NCBI GenBank assembly: GCA_036386675.1 | Contig: DASVVE010000023.1 | Location: 7,786 to 71,785, forward strand | Length of the DNA stretch: 64,000 nt | From: Chloroflexia bacterium | Lineage (GTDB): Bacteria > Chloroflexota > Chloroflexia > QHBQ01 > JADMIH01 | Direction: 5' to 3' | Shown here: positions 38,794 through 47,645 of the stretch, piece after piece | Numbering within the stretch: position 1 is the first letter of the stretch | Layout: each line of letters starts with the position of its first letter | The notes under the pieces: model-generated | What the model saw: only the letters and a program-made list of their open reading frames with translations | Told to the model about the DNA's origin: nothing | The model's database searches: none | Program-made: the position numbers and the translations under genes

Positions 38794-40818
38794 TCACCGC
38801 TCATCACGGTATATCCAGTAGTTGCTCTGTTCTACTACTAACTGTTTACGCTCATCAATGTCTCGCTGCGTTTCTTCTGTCAGACGATTCCGTCCGGTGG
38901 CATGGATCACCACTAGAGGCGCTCGCGAGACTCGGTCCAGAAAGTCGGCTTGGGGAGCGGGACGGTACATCACGCCATAAACATCGGGCCGCTCGCCTGG
39001 TATAGCCAGCTCGTTCCGCCTGCCATTCAATACAGCCGACCACAGGTCACCCATATCGCGGGTGTTCAGGCCGATACCGAGGGAGATCATGTGGCCGTAG
39101 CTGTCTACCAGGTAGCCGGTGGCGTTGTGACTGGGCGGCCGGGCGGCCAGGAGGTTGAACTGCTCGTCGGTAGCGAGGACGGGAGTGCCGGGCGGGACGG
39201 CGTTGTTCACATAGCGCCCCACCACCTCGAAAATGCGCTCTTCGTACCGGGTCACAATGCCGGTCCACTGCACCACCAGCAGGGGCAGCAACACAACAGC
39301 CAACAGCGCGGGCGCGGCAATGCGCAGGAGCATAACACGTGAGGTTCCTACGCGGGACGCAAGTCGGCGTAGCAGGCTGGGCAGCAGGCTGACGGCGGCC
39401 CCTAGCAGGCAGAGGGGGGCGGCAAGCTGTATGTAGTAGTGCTGGTAGAAGGAGCGGCTGTAGGTGAACAGCAGCACGCTGAAGAACATCCAGATAGCGA
39501 CCACCCACCAGCCGCCGGTGGAGCGCCGCTGCCATATCGACGCGGAGAGTACCAGGAAGCCGAAGGCGGCAAGCAGCAGCGTAGAGGGATTGCGCAAGGT
39601 GGCGGTGAGGTCGGCTATGCGGGCCGGGATTTCAGCTATGCCATCGCTCGGCCTGAGTAGTTGGAAGAAGAACACGTCGCGCACGAACTGCGATGGAGCC
39701 AGCACCAGGAAAGGCAGCAGCACGACCAAGGCTCCGGCAAGCGCACCTCCTAGAGCGAACAGCAGCCCGGCACCTACACGGCGGGTATCCTCGCCTTTAC
39801 GTGAGCTAAAGCGATATGTCGCCCATAGCCACGTCATGTCTGTGAGGATGGCAAGCATGCAGGCCACTCCCGCAATCTTGGTCAGCGTGCTGAGTGCCCC
39901 GCATATGCCGCAGAGGACGAGCAACCATAAGGCAGTCTTTCGCCTGGGGGCATTGGCTTCGCCTGCAAGGTATGGGCGCGCCCACAAATAGAGAAGTAAG
40001 GCCGCACACGATAGGAGCACCATTGGGCCATCCAGCATGACCTTGCGGTTGATCTCGACCACGCGTCCGTCCAACGCCCAGAGTAGCCCGGCCACGGTGC
40101 CACCTGCCAGCCCCGCCAGCCTTGTGCCGACGAGGAAGAGCAGCGCCAGGGTGATGAGGCTGTAGCCAACCGACAGATAGCGGGCCATCATAAAGGAAGT
40201 CGGGCTGCCCCACTCGTTGAAGTGATAGGCCATTGCAGGCGCGTAGGAGAAGGCGGCCACGGGCGGGTGGGCGAAGAAGTAATCGCGGTAGGGCATGATG
40301 CCCTGGAGGAAGAGTTGCGAGGCCCCGGCGTACACCCCTTCGTCGTCGTAGGGACGCTCGCTGAGGCCAACCTCTTGCGGCAACAGCAGCACCATGCGAC
40401 CGAAGCCCGCCACGAGCACCAGCGCCATTAGCACCACGGCGGGCACGAGCCAGCGCCTAGGGCTTGTGCTGCTAGTCGCCCGGTCTTCCCTAGCTTCCAC
40501 GATCGAGGGACGAGTGCGGAACGTGAGCAGGCCAACCCCCAGCAGCCAGGCGGCCCAGGGCAGCCAGGGCGTGCCATCGAAGTGCGAATGCACAGGTGCA
40601 AGGAAGTCCAGGGAGGCAGGCGCATTGGAGGACGAGGGCAGCCCGAACCAGGCACTAACCCCGGTCGCAAGCAACGAAAAAAGGCGCAGGTGAATCACCA
40701 CGCCTATTACGCCGTACAGGATGAGCGCCCCGGCTATGTAGGGCACCAGACGACCCCCGCCCTCACGTACCTCAGCTTGCATAGCCCGATTGTCGCACGA
40801 GGGGAACGGGAGTGTCAA
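38794..40818 (-). CDS. GT-C fold glycosyltransferase, family 39 (PMT/ArnT-like)
   Basis: 674 aa and multi-TM. The first periplasmic loop reads RPYDDEGVYAGASQLFLQGIMPYRDYFFAHPP (DE motif as in PMT_2-type enzymes). Start is TTG 40818 or ATG 40782. Confidence 0.7.
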   Translation of the reverse strand: MTLPFPSCDNRAMQAEVREGGGRLVPYIAGALILYGVIGVVIHLRLFSLLATGVSAWFGLPSSSNAPASLDFLAPVHSHFDGTPWLPWAAWLLGVGLLTFRTRPSIVEAREDRATSSTSPRRWLVPAVVLMALVLVAGFGRMVLLLPQEVGLSERPYDDEGVYAGASQLFLQGIMPYRDYFFAHPPVAAFSYAPAMAYHFNEWGSPTSFMMARYLSVGYSLITLALLFLVGTRLAGLAGGTVAGLLWALDGRVVEINRKVMLDGPMVLLSCAALLLYLWARPYLAGEANAPRRKTALWLLVLCGICGALSTLTKIAGVACMLAILTDMTWLWATYRFSSRKGEDTRRVGAGLLFALGGALAGALVVLLPFLVLAPSQFVRDVFFFQLLRPSDGIAEIPARIADLTATLRNPSTLLLAAFGFLVLSASIWQRRSTGGWWVVAIWMFFSVLLFTYSRSFYQHYYIQLAAPLCLLGAAVSLLPSLLRRLASRVGTSRVMLLRIAAPALLAVVLLPLLVVQWTGIVTRYEERIFEVVGRYVNNAVPPGTPVLATDEQFNLLAARPPSHNATGYLVDSYGHMISLGIGLNTRDMGDLWSAVLNGRRNELAIPGERPDVYGVMYRPAPQADFLDRVSRAPLVVIHATGRNRLTEETQRDIDERKQLVVEQSNYWIYRDER

Positions 40819-40903
40819 ACGAGTGGTTAGTGGTTAGTAGGACAACCACTAACCACTAACCACTAACCACTAACCACTAACCACTAACCACTAACCACTC
40901 GTT
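40818..40903. repeat. GGTTAGT-heptamer hairpin (3 units on the left arm, 8 complementary units on the right arm)
   Basis: AACGAGTGGTTAGTGGTTAGTAGG ACAA (CCACTAA)x7 CCACTCGTT. The right end overlaps the TAA stop of the LiaF-like gene (40902-40904). Confidence 0.9.
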
Positions 40904-42074
40904 ACTTGGACCTGATGTTGAGGTTGCCCACGCCGTGATCGATCTTGATGGTCACCTTGTTCGTGGCGGTGTCGTAGGCGCTCGATTCGTAGGTGTCCTC
41001 ACCCTGGCTAGAGAAGCGGTGGTCTACGGTCGTGTTGCCGATGCCGGAGTCTACCTCGATGCGGGCTTCCAGGCCTTCGGGCACGATTAGCTCAAGGTTA
41101 CCTGTGCCGCCATCTAGCTCGACGGTGGTGTTATTGGCGGTGGCCGGTAAGGTAATGCTGGCGTTGCCAGTGCCGCTGTCAACGGTCAGGCCGCTAAGTT
41201 GCAGATCTTCAAGGTCAAGAGTCATATTGCCGGTACCGGCATCAACCTCCAGGTTCACAGGCACGCGCTCATTCAAGGTGATCACCCAGCCTGGCGAGCG
41301 GCCGCCGTTGAACCAGTGCGGGGCGAAGTTCCAGCCGCCGGAGCGTTCCGCGATCTCCACTTCGGCGGTGTTGCCGCTCTCGTTCACATCCACACGGGGC
41401 GCGCCGTGGTTCTCGTAGTAACCGAGATCGCCTCTCGCTAGCTCATTGGGCTCACCCGACATGCTGCCGATGGTCAGGCTGCCGACGCCCATGTCCACGT
41501 GCACGTCAGCTGACTTTGCGGTGTTCAGGCGAATGTCGAGCTGGGCGCTAGCTAGCTCGCCGGGAGCCGTGAAGCCACTGTTGGCGTACACGATAGCACC
41601 CCCTGTCCCCAAAACGGCCAGCACCAGCAGCAAGGAGATGACAGGGCTACGTCGACCCACCACGAGGTCGATGCCTATAGCGATCAAGATAAGAGGCCAC
41701 AGGCGACCAAGCGTCTCCCATATGGTCCAGGGCACCACGCCCAGGTTGTTGAGCAGGAACAGCACGCCCGCCGATATCAAGAGCAGCGGGCCGAGCAGTG
41801 GCGCGCGATGGTGCCTGTGGTTGTGAGGCGGCGATCCAGCGAGGGGCACCGGCTGCGAGGAACCATAAGGTGGGTATGGCTGGTATGGCGGCGGAACGGG
41901 AGCCGAAGGTGTTCCCCCTGCATAGTTGCCGCTGTAAGTGTCCTGCGGGCGTATCTCCGAGGGCACGTACGTAGTGGGTTGGCCTCCGTAGTTGGAGGGA
42001 GAAGCTTGCGGCAGGAGTGGGCCGGTGTCGTTGCCTCCCACTCTCGCGCTGCTGTCATTACGGTTTTGTTCCAT
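40902..42074 (-). CDS. LiaF-like / DUF4097 ('toast-rack') membrane protein
   Basis: Pro/Tyr-rich N terminus, then TM helices, then C-terminal repeats of the DxGxGN type (DAGTGNMTLDL, DSGTGNASITL, DGGTGNLELIV, DSGIGNTTVD). Confidence 0.7.
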   Translation of the reverse strand: MEQNRNDSSARVGGNDTGPLLPQASPSNYGGQPTTYVPSEIRPQDTYSGNYAGGTPSAPVPPPYQPYPPYGSSQPVPLAGSPPHNHRHHRAPLLGPLLLISAGVLFLLNNLGVVPWTIWETLGRLWPLILIAIGIDLVVGRRSPVISLLLVLAVLGTGGAIVYANSGFTAPGELASAQLDIRLNTAKSADVHVDMGVGSLTIGSMSGEPNELARGDLGYYENHGAPRVDVNESGNTAEVEIAERSGGWNFAPHWFNGGRSPGWVITLNERVPVNLEVDAGTGNMTLDLEDLQLSGLTVDSGTGNASITLPATANNTTVELDGGTGNLELIVPEGLEARIEVDSGIGNTTVDHRFSSQGEDTYESSAYDTATNKVTIKIDHGVGNLNIRSK

Positions 42075-42192
42075 ACAGGTCTCTCCTGGTTATGTAAAGC
42101 AAGGATGCAGTAACTCCAAGGGGATTACTGCATCGCGAGCGGCTTGTTCTATTTACTTATCTTACTCTGCATGCCGGGCCTTGTGCAGAATG

Positions 42193-42723
42193 CTAAGCGC
42201 GGCGGTTAACCATCATCAGGCCGAGGCCCACGAGCAGCAGGGGCCACCAGACACCCCAGGCGAAGAAGCGGAAGAAGCCCAGGTTGAGCAACAGGAAGAA
42301 TACCCCAATCGCTATCAAGGCCATTGCCGGGTTGCCCTGCCGGGGCTGTGCCGAAGCGCCTGCCGGGGGTAGCTGGCCCTGCGGGACGGTCGTGCCGCCA
42401 TTCGGCTGGGCTACACCACCGTTGCCACCGTTGCCACCATTGCCGCCGTTGCCGCCGGTGAGGCCGCGCAACCGGGCACCCATATCGCCCAGGTTCTCGT
42501 TGACGACCTCGTTTACGTCGGTGGCAGTGCTCGCGGTGCCTGGGACCAGCAGCCACAGCAGCATGTAGACGAAGGCAAATCCCCCGCTGGTAATGAAGGC
42601 AAGCACCAGGAAGATAATCCTGATGATGTTGGGGTCGATCCCGAAATAGCTTGCCAGGCCCGAGGCCACGCCACCGAGCATCCTCTGGCTAGTGCTCCTA
42701 TAAAGACGGCTTGTGCCGTTCAT
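42193..42723 (-). CDS. PspC domain protein
   Basis: LYRSTSQRMLGGVASGLASYFGIDPNIIRIIFLVLAFITSGGFAFVYMLLWLLVP is a canonical PspC domain. ATG 42723 is preceded by GGAGGG. An internal (GGN)4 tract arises from 9-bp tandem repeats at about 42417-42455. Confidence 0.8.
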   Translation of the reverse strand: MNGTSRLYRSTSQRMLGGVASGLASYFGIDPNIIRIIFLVLAFITSGGFAFVYMLLWLLVPGTASTATDVNEVVNENLGDMGARLRGLTGGNGGNGGNGGNGGVAQPNGGTTVPQGQLPPAGASAQPRQGNPAMALIAIGVFFLLLNLGFFRFFAWGVWWPLLLVGLGLMMVNRRA

Positions 42724-43066
42724 CCTTGTCCCTCCGAAAAGTATTTGTTGCCTGGTAAGCGGAAATCCAGGCGGCATTTGAAAGTGTCTTACAGTCTTAG
42801 TTACGCAAGGTCGGCGCAAAAGGTCGCAAAATTATAGCTACAACTTTTGCGGTTGATTCTTGGGACCCTTTGCAACTGTATCTGAGTTGTGAAGGTACAC
42901 GCCCGGAGTCTTGCCCGCTCGAAGTCCCACAAGACCCTTGGCAGCACGGTAAGTGTACTTGTAAGCTGGTGCGGGGTGGATGGTTAGTCCGGCATAATGT
43001 GTATGCTACTTTCGACGTACCTCCTTACTGAGACTACTGGTGTACACTCCCGGCTTCGCGGGACTC

Positions 43067-43097
43067 TTGACAAGGTCGCGCCACTTCGGTTACTAAT
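43067..43097 (+). promoter_or_regulatory. Candidate promoter of the pheS leader
   Basis: Perfect -35 TTGACA (43067-43072), but only a weak -10 candidate (TACTAAT) after a 17-19 nt spacer. Confidence 0.35.
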
Positions 43098-43102
43098 AGA
43101 TG

Positions 43103-43480
43103 CTACATAGCCGGTCGCGGAGACCGGCAGCACAACACCAGAGCAACAATCAAGGGCAACGACGGAGAGAGTAAGTCCGCGGAGGCGCACAGGGAAGGAT
43201 AGGCCAGAGACTGAGAGCCTACCTCGTACGACACGGACCCAAGTTCACTCCCGAGCCGGAAGGTGAACGGAATTTGGAAATTGGAATTTCGAATTGCGAA
43301 TTTGTTGAATACCTTCTAAATTCGCAATTCGAAATTCCAATTTCCAAATCCAACTAGCTTTCCCCGGTAGCTCCCGTTATCGAGCATGGAGCGGTCTGCA
43401 TTGCAAGGTTTTGCGGGCCGAAATCAGGGTGGTACCACGTGGCCGCGCCTCGTCCCTGGCGAGCAGCGCGGTCTTTTTGT
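43103..43480 (+). promoter_or_regulatory. T-box leader (Phe specifier) controlling pheST
   Basis: T-box core AGGGUGGUACCACGUGG lies at 43426-43442. A GC hairpin plus UCUUUUUGUUU terminator follows (43442-43480). F-box-like CCGUUA is at 43374-43379. Upstream Stem-I-like GGAGAGAGUAAG and CCAGAGACUGAGAG motifs are present, and AAG-UUC-A (UUC at 43244-43246) is a candidate Phe specifier. pheS starts at 43516. The 5' boundary is inferred. Confidence 0.75.
43272..43349. repeat. Family 2 perfect 32-bp-stem palindrome embedded in the T-box leader
   Basis: Arms 43272-43303 and 43318-43349 are exact reverse complements with a 14-nt loop. The arm sequence is identical to the copy at 18422. Confidence 0.95.
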
Positions 43481-43515
43481 TTAAGTTGAGATTGGGCGTG
43501 CTGGAGGAGTAATTT

Positions 43516-44592
43516 ATGGCGACATTGCAGGAACAGATAGAGCAGGCCAGGCAGGAGGCGCTTGCGGCTCTTGCTCCACTGAGGGACAGCACGGGGCTGG
43601 AGGAGTGGAACCGGCAATACCTGGGCAAGAAGGGGCTGTTGACGGGGCTGTTCAGGGGCGTGGGTGCCCTGCCTACAGAGGAGCGCGCGGCAGCGGGCCA
43701 GGCGATAAACACCGCCAAGGCCGGGCTGGAGCAGGCATACGTCGAGGCCGAAAGGCGCATCGGGCAGGGCGAGTTACAGCGACGATTGGTCGAAGAGGCG
43801 GTGGACATTACACTGCCGGGGCGGCCAATTCCCGCCGGGCACAGGCACATTATCAACCAGACGGCCCGCGACGTGATACAGGCGTTCCGCGACCTGGGCT
43901 TCCAGGTATACGAGGGGCCGGATATCGAGCTTGATATGTACAACTTCGAGCTGCTTAATATCCCGCCGGAGCACCCCGCCCGCTCTATGCAGGACACCTT
44001 CTACGTGGACGACCGCCTGCTGGGCATGCGCGAGCCTGGGGCCAGTATGGACGAGTTGCCACCGGTGGTGTTGCGCACGCACACCTCGCCCGGACAAATC
44101 CGGCTGATGCGCAGGGTTGAGCCGCCGGTGCGATTGGTCATTCCGGGGCGGACATACCGCTCGGAGGCGACCGACGCCACCCATGAGGCTTACTTCACGC
44201 AGATGGAGGGCATGGCGATAGACAAGAAGGTGACGCTGGCCGACCTGAAGGGCACGCTGGCCGCCTTCGCCCGCGCCATCTTCGGCAGCGACCGCAAGGT
44301 GCGCTTCCGCTGCGACTACTTCCCCTACGTGGAGCCTGGGGTGGACCTGGCGATTGACTGCATCAATTGTGACGGCAGCGGCTGCCGGTCGTGCAAGTAC
44401 ACCGGCTGGCTGGAAATCCTGGGGGCGGGCATGATCCACCCGCAGGTGCTCATCAACGGCGGGGTGGACCCTGAGGACTACAGCGGCTTCGCGTTCGGGG
44501 CAGGCTTCGAGCGGATAGCGATGCTGCGGCACGGGATTGACGATATTCGGCTGTTCTACGGGAACGACCTGCGGTTCTTGCAACAGTTTTAG
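43516..44592 (+). CDS. pheS: Phenylalanine--tRNA ligase alpha subunit
   Basis: Class II aaRS motifs are present (HPARSMQDTFY, LRTHTSPGQIR, FRCDYFPYVEPG, GAGFERIAML). SD GGAGGAG lies upstream of the ATG. Confidence 0.95.
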   Translation: MATLQEQIEQARQEALAALAPLRDSTGLEEWNRQYLGKKGLLTGLFRGVGALPTEERAAAGQAINTAKAGLEQAYVEAERRIGQGELQRRLVEEAVDITLPGRPIPAGHRHIINQTARDVIQAFRDLGFQVYEGPDIELDMYNFELLNIPPEHPARSMQDTFYVDDRLLGMREPGASMDELPPVVLRTHTSPGQIRLMRRVEPPVRLVIPGRTYRSEATDATHEAYFTQMEGMAIDKKVTLADLKGTLAAFARAIFGSDRKVRFRCDYFPYVEPGVDLAIDCINCDGSGCRSCKYTGWLEILGAGMIHPQVLINGGVDPEDYSGFAFGAGFERIAMLRHGIDDIRLFYGNDLRFLQQF

Positions 44593-44596
44593 AGAC

Positions 44597-44637
44597 GAAA
44601 CCGCCAAGACGCCAAGGACGCCAAGAGCGCGCCAAGG
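44597..44637 (+). repeat. Single-arm family 3 array (GCCAAG units) between pheS and pheT
   Basis: GAAACCGCCAAGACGCCAAGGACGCCAAGAGCGCGCCAAGG. No complementary arm lies before the pheT start at 44670. Confidence 0.8.
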
Positions 44638-44669
44638 TTGCTGTTGATTTGAGGTAGAGGAGAAAGATT

Positions 44670-47303
44670 ATGCCGATGAGAGCGCCGCTCTCGTGGTTGC
44701 GGGAGTACATAGACATTAATGTGCCGGTGGAGGAGTTAGCCCGCCGCTTGACCCTTGCAGGGCAGGAGGTGGAGCATATCGTCCGCATCGGCGCGGAGTG
44801 GGAGAACATTTACACCGGCGTGGTTGCTAGATTGGAGAGGCACCCTAACGCCGACCGGCTGAACCTGGCTACCGTAGAGTACGGGGCAGGGAAGGCCATC
44901 ACGGTGGTGACGGGCGCGCCCAACATCGAGCAGGGGCAGAAGGTGGTGCTGGGGCTGGTGGGGTGCAAGTACCTGGACCAGCACGTGGAGCCGCCCAAGT
45001 GGTCCACCCTCAAGCCCGCAAAGATTCGGGGCATCCAGACCGAGGGGATGGTCATGTCGGAGGCGGAGCTTGGGCTGTCGGAGGAGCACGAGGGCATTAT
45101 CGTGCTCGACCCGCAGACGCCGCTTGGCCTCACCGCCCAGGAGGTGCTTGGCGACACGGTGCTGGAGATAGATGTCACCCCGAACAACGGGCGCATCCTG
45201 TCGATGATTGGCATGGCCCGCGAAATAGCGGCGCTGTTCGATGGCGAGGTGCGCTATCCCACAATTGAGTGGCATGCCGCAGGACCACCTGCCGAACAAC
45301 TCTTGAGCGTCGAGATACACGACCCCGACCTCTGTGCTCGCTACTCCGGCGCGGTGATACAGAACGTGAAGATTGGGCCTTCGCCCGCCTGGATGCAGCG
45401 CCGCCTGGCGCTGGCGGGTATGCGCCCCATCAACAACATCGTGGACATCACCAACTACGTCATGCTGGAGATGGGCCAGCCCCTGCACGCCTTCGACTAC
45501 GAGGCGGTGGAGGGACGCAAGATTATCGTGCGCCGCGCCAGGCAAGGGGAGCAGATAGAGACGCTCGACCACGTCCACCGGACGCTGGACCCCAATATGC
45601 TCGCCATCTGCGACATCAACAAGCCGGTGGCGCTCGCGGGTGTTATGGGCGGGGCCAACAGCGAGATTGGCACTGAGGGCACGGCCACGGTGCTGCTGGA
45701 GTCGGCCCACTTCAACCCGCGCACGGTGCGCCGGACCGCTCGCCTGTTGAAGCTGCCTTCCGAGGCGTCGTACCGCTTCGAGCGTTGGGTCGATCCCACT
45801 CTGACGGTGCCTGCCATGAAGCGGGCGGCGGAATTGATGCGGCAGCTTGGCGGCGGCACCATAGCCGAGGGCTACGCGGACGAGTACCCACGCCCCCCGA
45901 AGCCGAGGCGCATCCACTTCTACACCGATGAGGTGGAGCGGCTGCTGGGCATACCCCTGCCGCCCTCGGAGATAGCCAGGATGCTTGAGCGGCTGGAGTT
46001 CAAGGTGGACCTGCCCCACAACGCCGACGCCGTAGGCAAGTACACTACCATGCTCATTGACGTGCCCTCGTACCGCAACGACGTGACCATACCCGCCGAT
46101 GTCGTGGAAGAGGTGGCGCGCATGGTGGGTTACGACATCATCCCCGAAACGATGCTTGAGGGCAGGTTGCCGCGCCCTGAGGTGAACCACTCGCGCCAGA
46201 TTGCCGAGGATATACACGACAGGATGCTGGCTTCCGGCATGGACGAGGTGCTCACCTACTCGGTGACGCACAGCGAGTCGTTGCGCAGGCTGGCGGCCCT
46301 GGAGGAGAGCATCGGCAGCCAGGGTGTGGATGGAGCGGAGGAGAGGCCGCAGTACCGGGCCTGGGACACGTCGCGTCCGCCGGTGACCATCGTCAACCCG
46401 ACCAGCAGCAGACAAGACGTGATGCGCCCTACCATGCTACCGAACATGCTCGACACCCTGCTGATGAACATGCGCCTGATGCCGGAAGCGCCGATACGTA
46501 TCTTCGAGCTTGGTAAGATATTCGTGACGCGCACGGAGCAAGAGGTGGAGCAACGGCGGGCCGAAATCGAACGCGAGCGGGTGCAGTACCCACGCCTACG
46601 CAATTGGCAACCGGTACAGGGCGAGGAGCGTCTGCCACTGGAATTACGCCGCCTCACCGGCCTGATATCCGGGCCGAGGGAACCACGTTCGCTCTTCTCT
46701 GACGATGGTGGGGCAGCGCCCCAACCCTGGCACGGCGAGGAGTTGGACTTCTTCGACGCAAAGGGTGTGGTGGAGGAACTGCTGCGCCACCTGCACATGC
46801 AGGGAGTGGAGTGGGTGCCCGCGGGCGCGCCGCTGTTCCACCCCGGCCGGGTCGCTATGCTGCGAGCAGGGGGCCGAGACCTGGGAATCGTGGGCGAGCT
46901 ACACCCGGCTGTTCTCGTGGAATGGGACATACCCGCCAAACGAGTGGCGGCGTGGGACCTGGACGTGGAGGCGCTAATCGAGTCGGTACCGGAGCGCCAC
47001 ATGTACAACCAGATCAGCCCTTACGTGCCGGTGCGGCAAGACATGGCCTTCGTGGTGCCCGCCGATATGGCTGCCGCACGGATAGCGGGGGCTATCAAGC
47101 GCGCGGGCGGGGCAAGTGTGCTCGACGTTACGCTGTTCGACATCTACACAGGCCAGCAGGTAGGCGAGGGCCAAAAGAGCATGGCCTTCGCCGTGACCTT
47201 CAACTCGACCGAAAAGCTGCTCACGGAGGAGGATGTCGCCCGCGTCCGCCAACGTATAGCCCGCACGTTAGAGCGGGAGTTGGGGGCGAAGCTTAGAGGG
47301 TAG
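44670..47303 (+). CDS. pheT: Phenylalanine--tRNA ligase beta subunit
   Basis: N-terminal MRAPLSWLREYIDI..., a tRNA-binding (EMAP-like) domain, B3/4 and B5 domains, and a C-terminal FDIYTG...KSMAFAVTF anticodon-binding domain. 877 aa. Confidence 0.95.
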   Translation: MPMRAPLSWLREYIDINVPVEELARRLTLAGQEVEHIVRIGAEWENIYTGVVARLERHPNADRLNLATVEYGAGKAITVVTGAPNIEQGQKVVLGLVGCKYLDQHVEPPKWSTLKPAKIRGIQTEGMVMSEAELGLSEEHEGIIVLDPQTPLGLTAQEVLGDTVLEIDVTPNNGRILSMIGMAREIAALFDGEVRYPTIEWHAAGPPAEQLLSVEIHDPDLCARYSGAVIQNVKIGPSPAWMQRRLALAGMRPINNIVDITNYVMLEMGQPLHAFDYEAVEGRKIIVRRARQGEQIETLDHVHRTLDPNMLAICDINKPVALAGVMGGANSEIGTEGTATVLLESAHFNPRTVRRTARLLKLPSEASYRFERWVDPTLTVPAMKRAAELMRQLGGGTIAEGYADEYPRPPKPRRIHFYTDEVERLLGIPLPPSEIARMLERLEFKVDLPHNADAVGKYTTMLIDVPSYRNDVTIPADVVEEVARMVGYDIIPETMLEGRLPRPEVNHSRQIAEDIHDRMLASGMDEVLTYSVTHSESLRRLAALEESIGSQGVDGAEERPQYRAWDTSRPPVTIVNPTSSRQDVMRPTMLPNMLDTLLMNMRLMPEAPIRIFELGKIFVTRTEQEVEQRRAEIERERVQYPRLRNWQPVQGEERLPLELRRLTGLISGPREPRSLFSDDGGAAPQPWHGEELDFFDAKGVVEELLRHLHMQGVEWVPAGAPLFHPGRVAMLRAGGRDLGIVGELHPAVLVEWDIPAKRVAAWDLDVEALIESVPERHMYNQISPYVPVRQDMAFVVPADMAAARIAGAIKRAGGASVLDVTLFDIYTGQQVGEGQKSMAFAVTFNSTEKLLTEEDVARVRQRIARTLERELGAKLRG

Positions 47304-47304
47304 G

Positions 47305-47634
47305 CTGAAACGTGGTTCTGAAACGTGAAACGTGATGAGGCTTGCTATTGCTGGTACGTGAATAGGAGGCTGTCTCTAACGTGGGACCATCTTCCCCTTT
47401 GTCATTCTGAACGCAGTGAAGAATCTCGTCCCTTAGCACCCAAGTTGCCCCTTTCTCCTGGGCACGTGTCTTCTTCGAGAAAAGTGGAACATCCCGGTAG
47501 AGGACGAGATTCTTCGCTATGCTCACAATGACAAAGCCCAACAGCGTCCTGCCCTACAAACAGGGTGGTATTCACGAACCGAATAACACCAGCCGTATCA
47601 CGTTTCACGTTTCACGTTTCAGAAACCCCGTTTC
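47305..47634. repeat. Family 1 composite element, full form (inner module 47398..47536, inverted relative to copy 19174)
   Basis: Starts 2 nt after the pheT stop with CTGAAACGTGGTTCTGAAACGTGAAACGTGATGAGG. Subterminal GGTACGTGAATA pairs with TATTCACGAACC. The right cap is CGTATCACGTTTCACGTTTCACGTTTCAGAAACCCCGTTTC. Confidence 0.9.
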
Positions 47635-47645
47635 TTGCTTCGCCC

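Noticed and set aside
42880-43200. tmRNA or RNase P RNA in the large pspC-pheS intergenic region (GGGGTGGAT... and GAGAGTAAGTCCGCGG strings)
   Set aside because: There is no tRNA-like 3' end (GGTTCGA..CCA), no tag ORF, and no RNase P CR-IV/V block (ACAGAA.CCGGCTTA). The GAGAGTAAG string fits Stem I of the T-box leader instead.
44736-46415. Very long antisense ORFs (44736..46415, 36609..37808, 59872..60915, 30889..31935, 33136..34209, 1153..2145, 7203..7943, 63014..63805) as overlapping genes
   Set aside because: Each lies opposite a gene with clear family motifs. Their translations are Arg/Gly/His/Pro-rich low-complexity strings, as expected for stop-poor antisense frames in GC-rich DNA.
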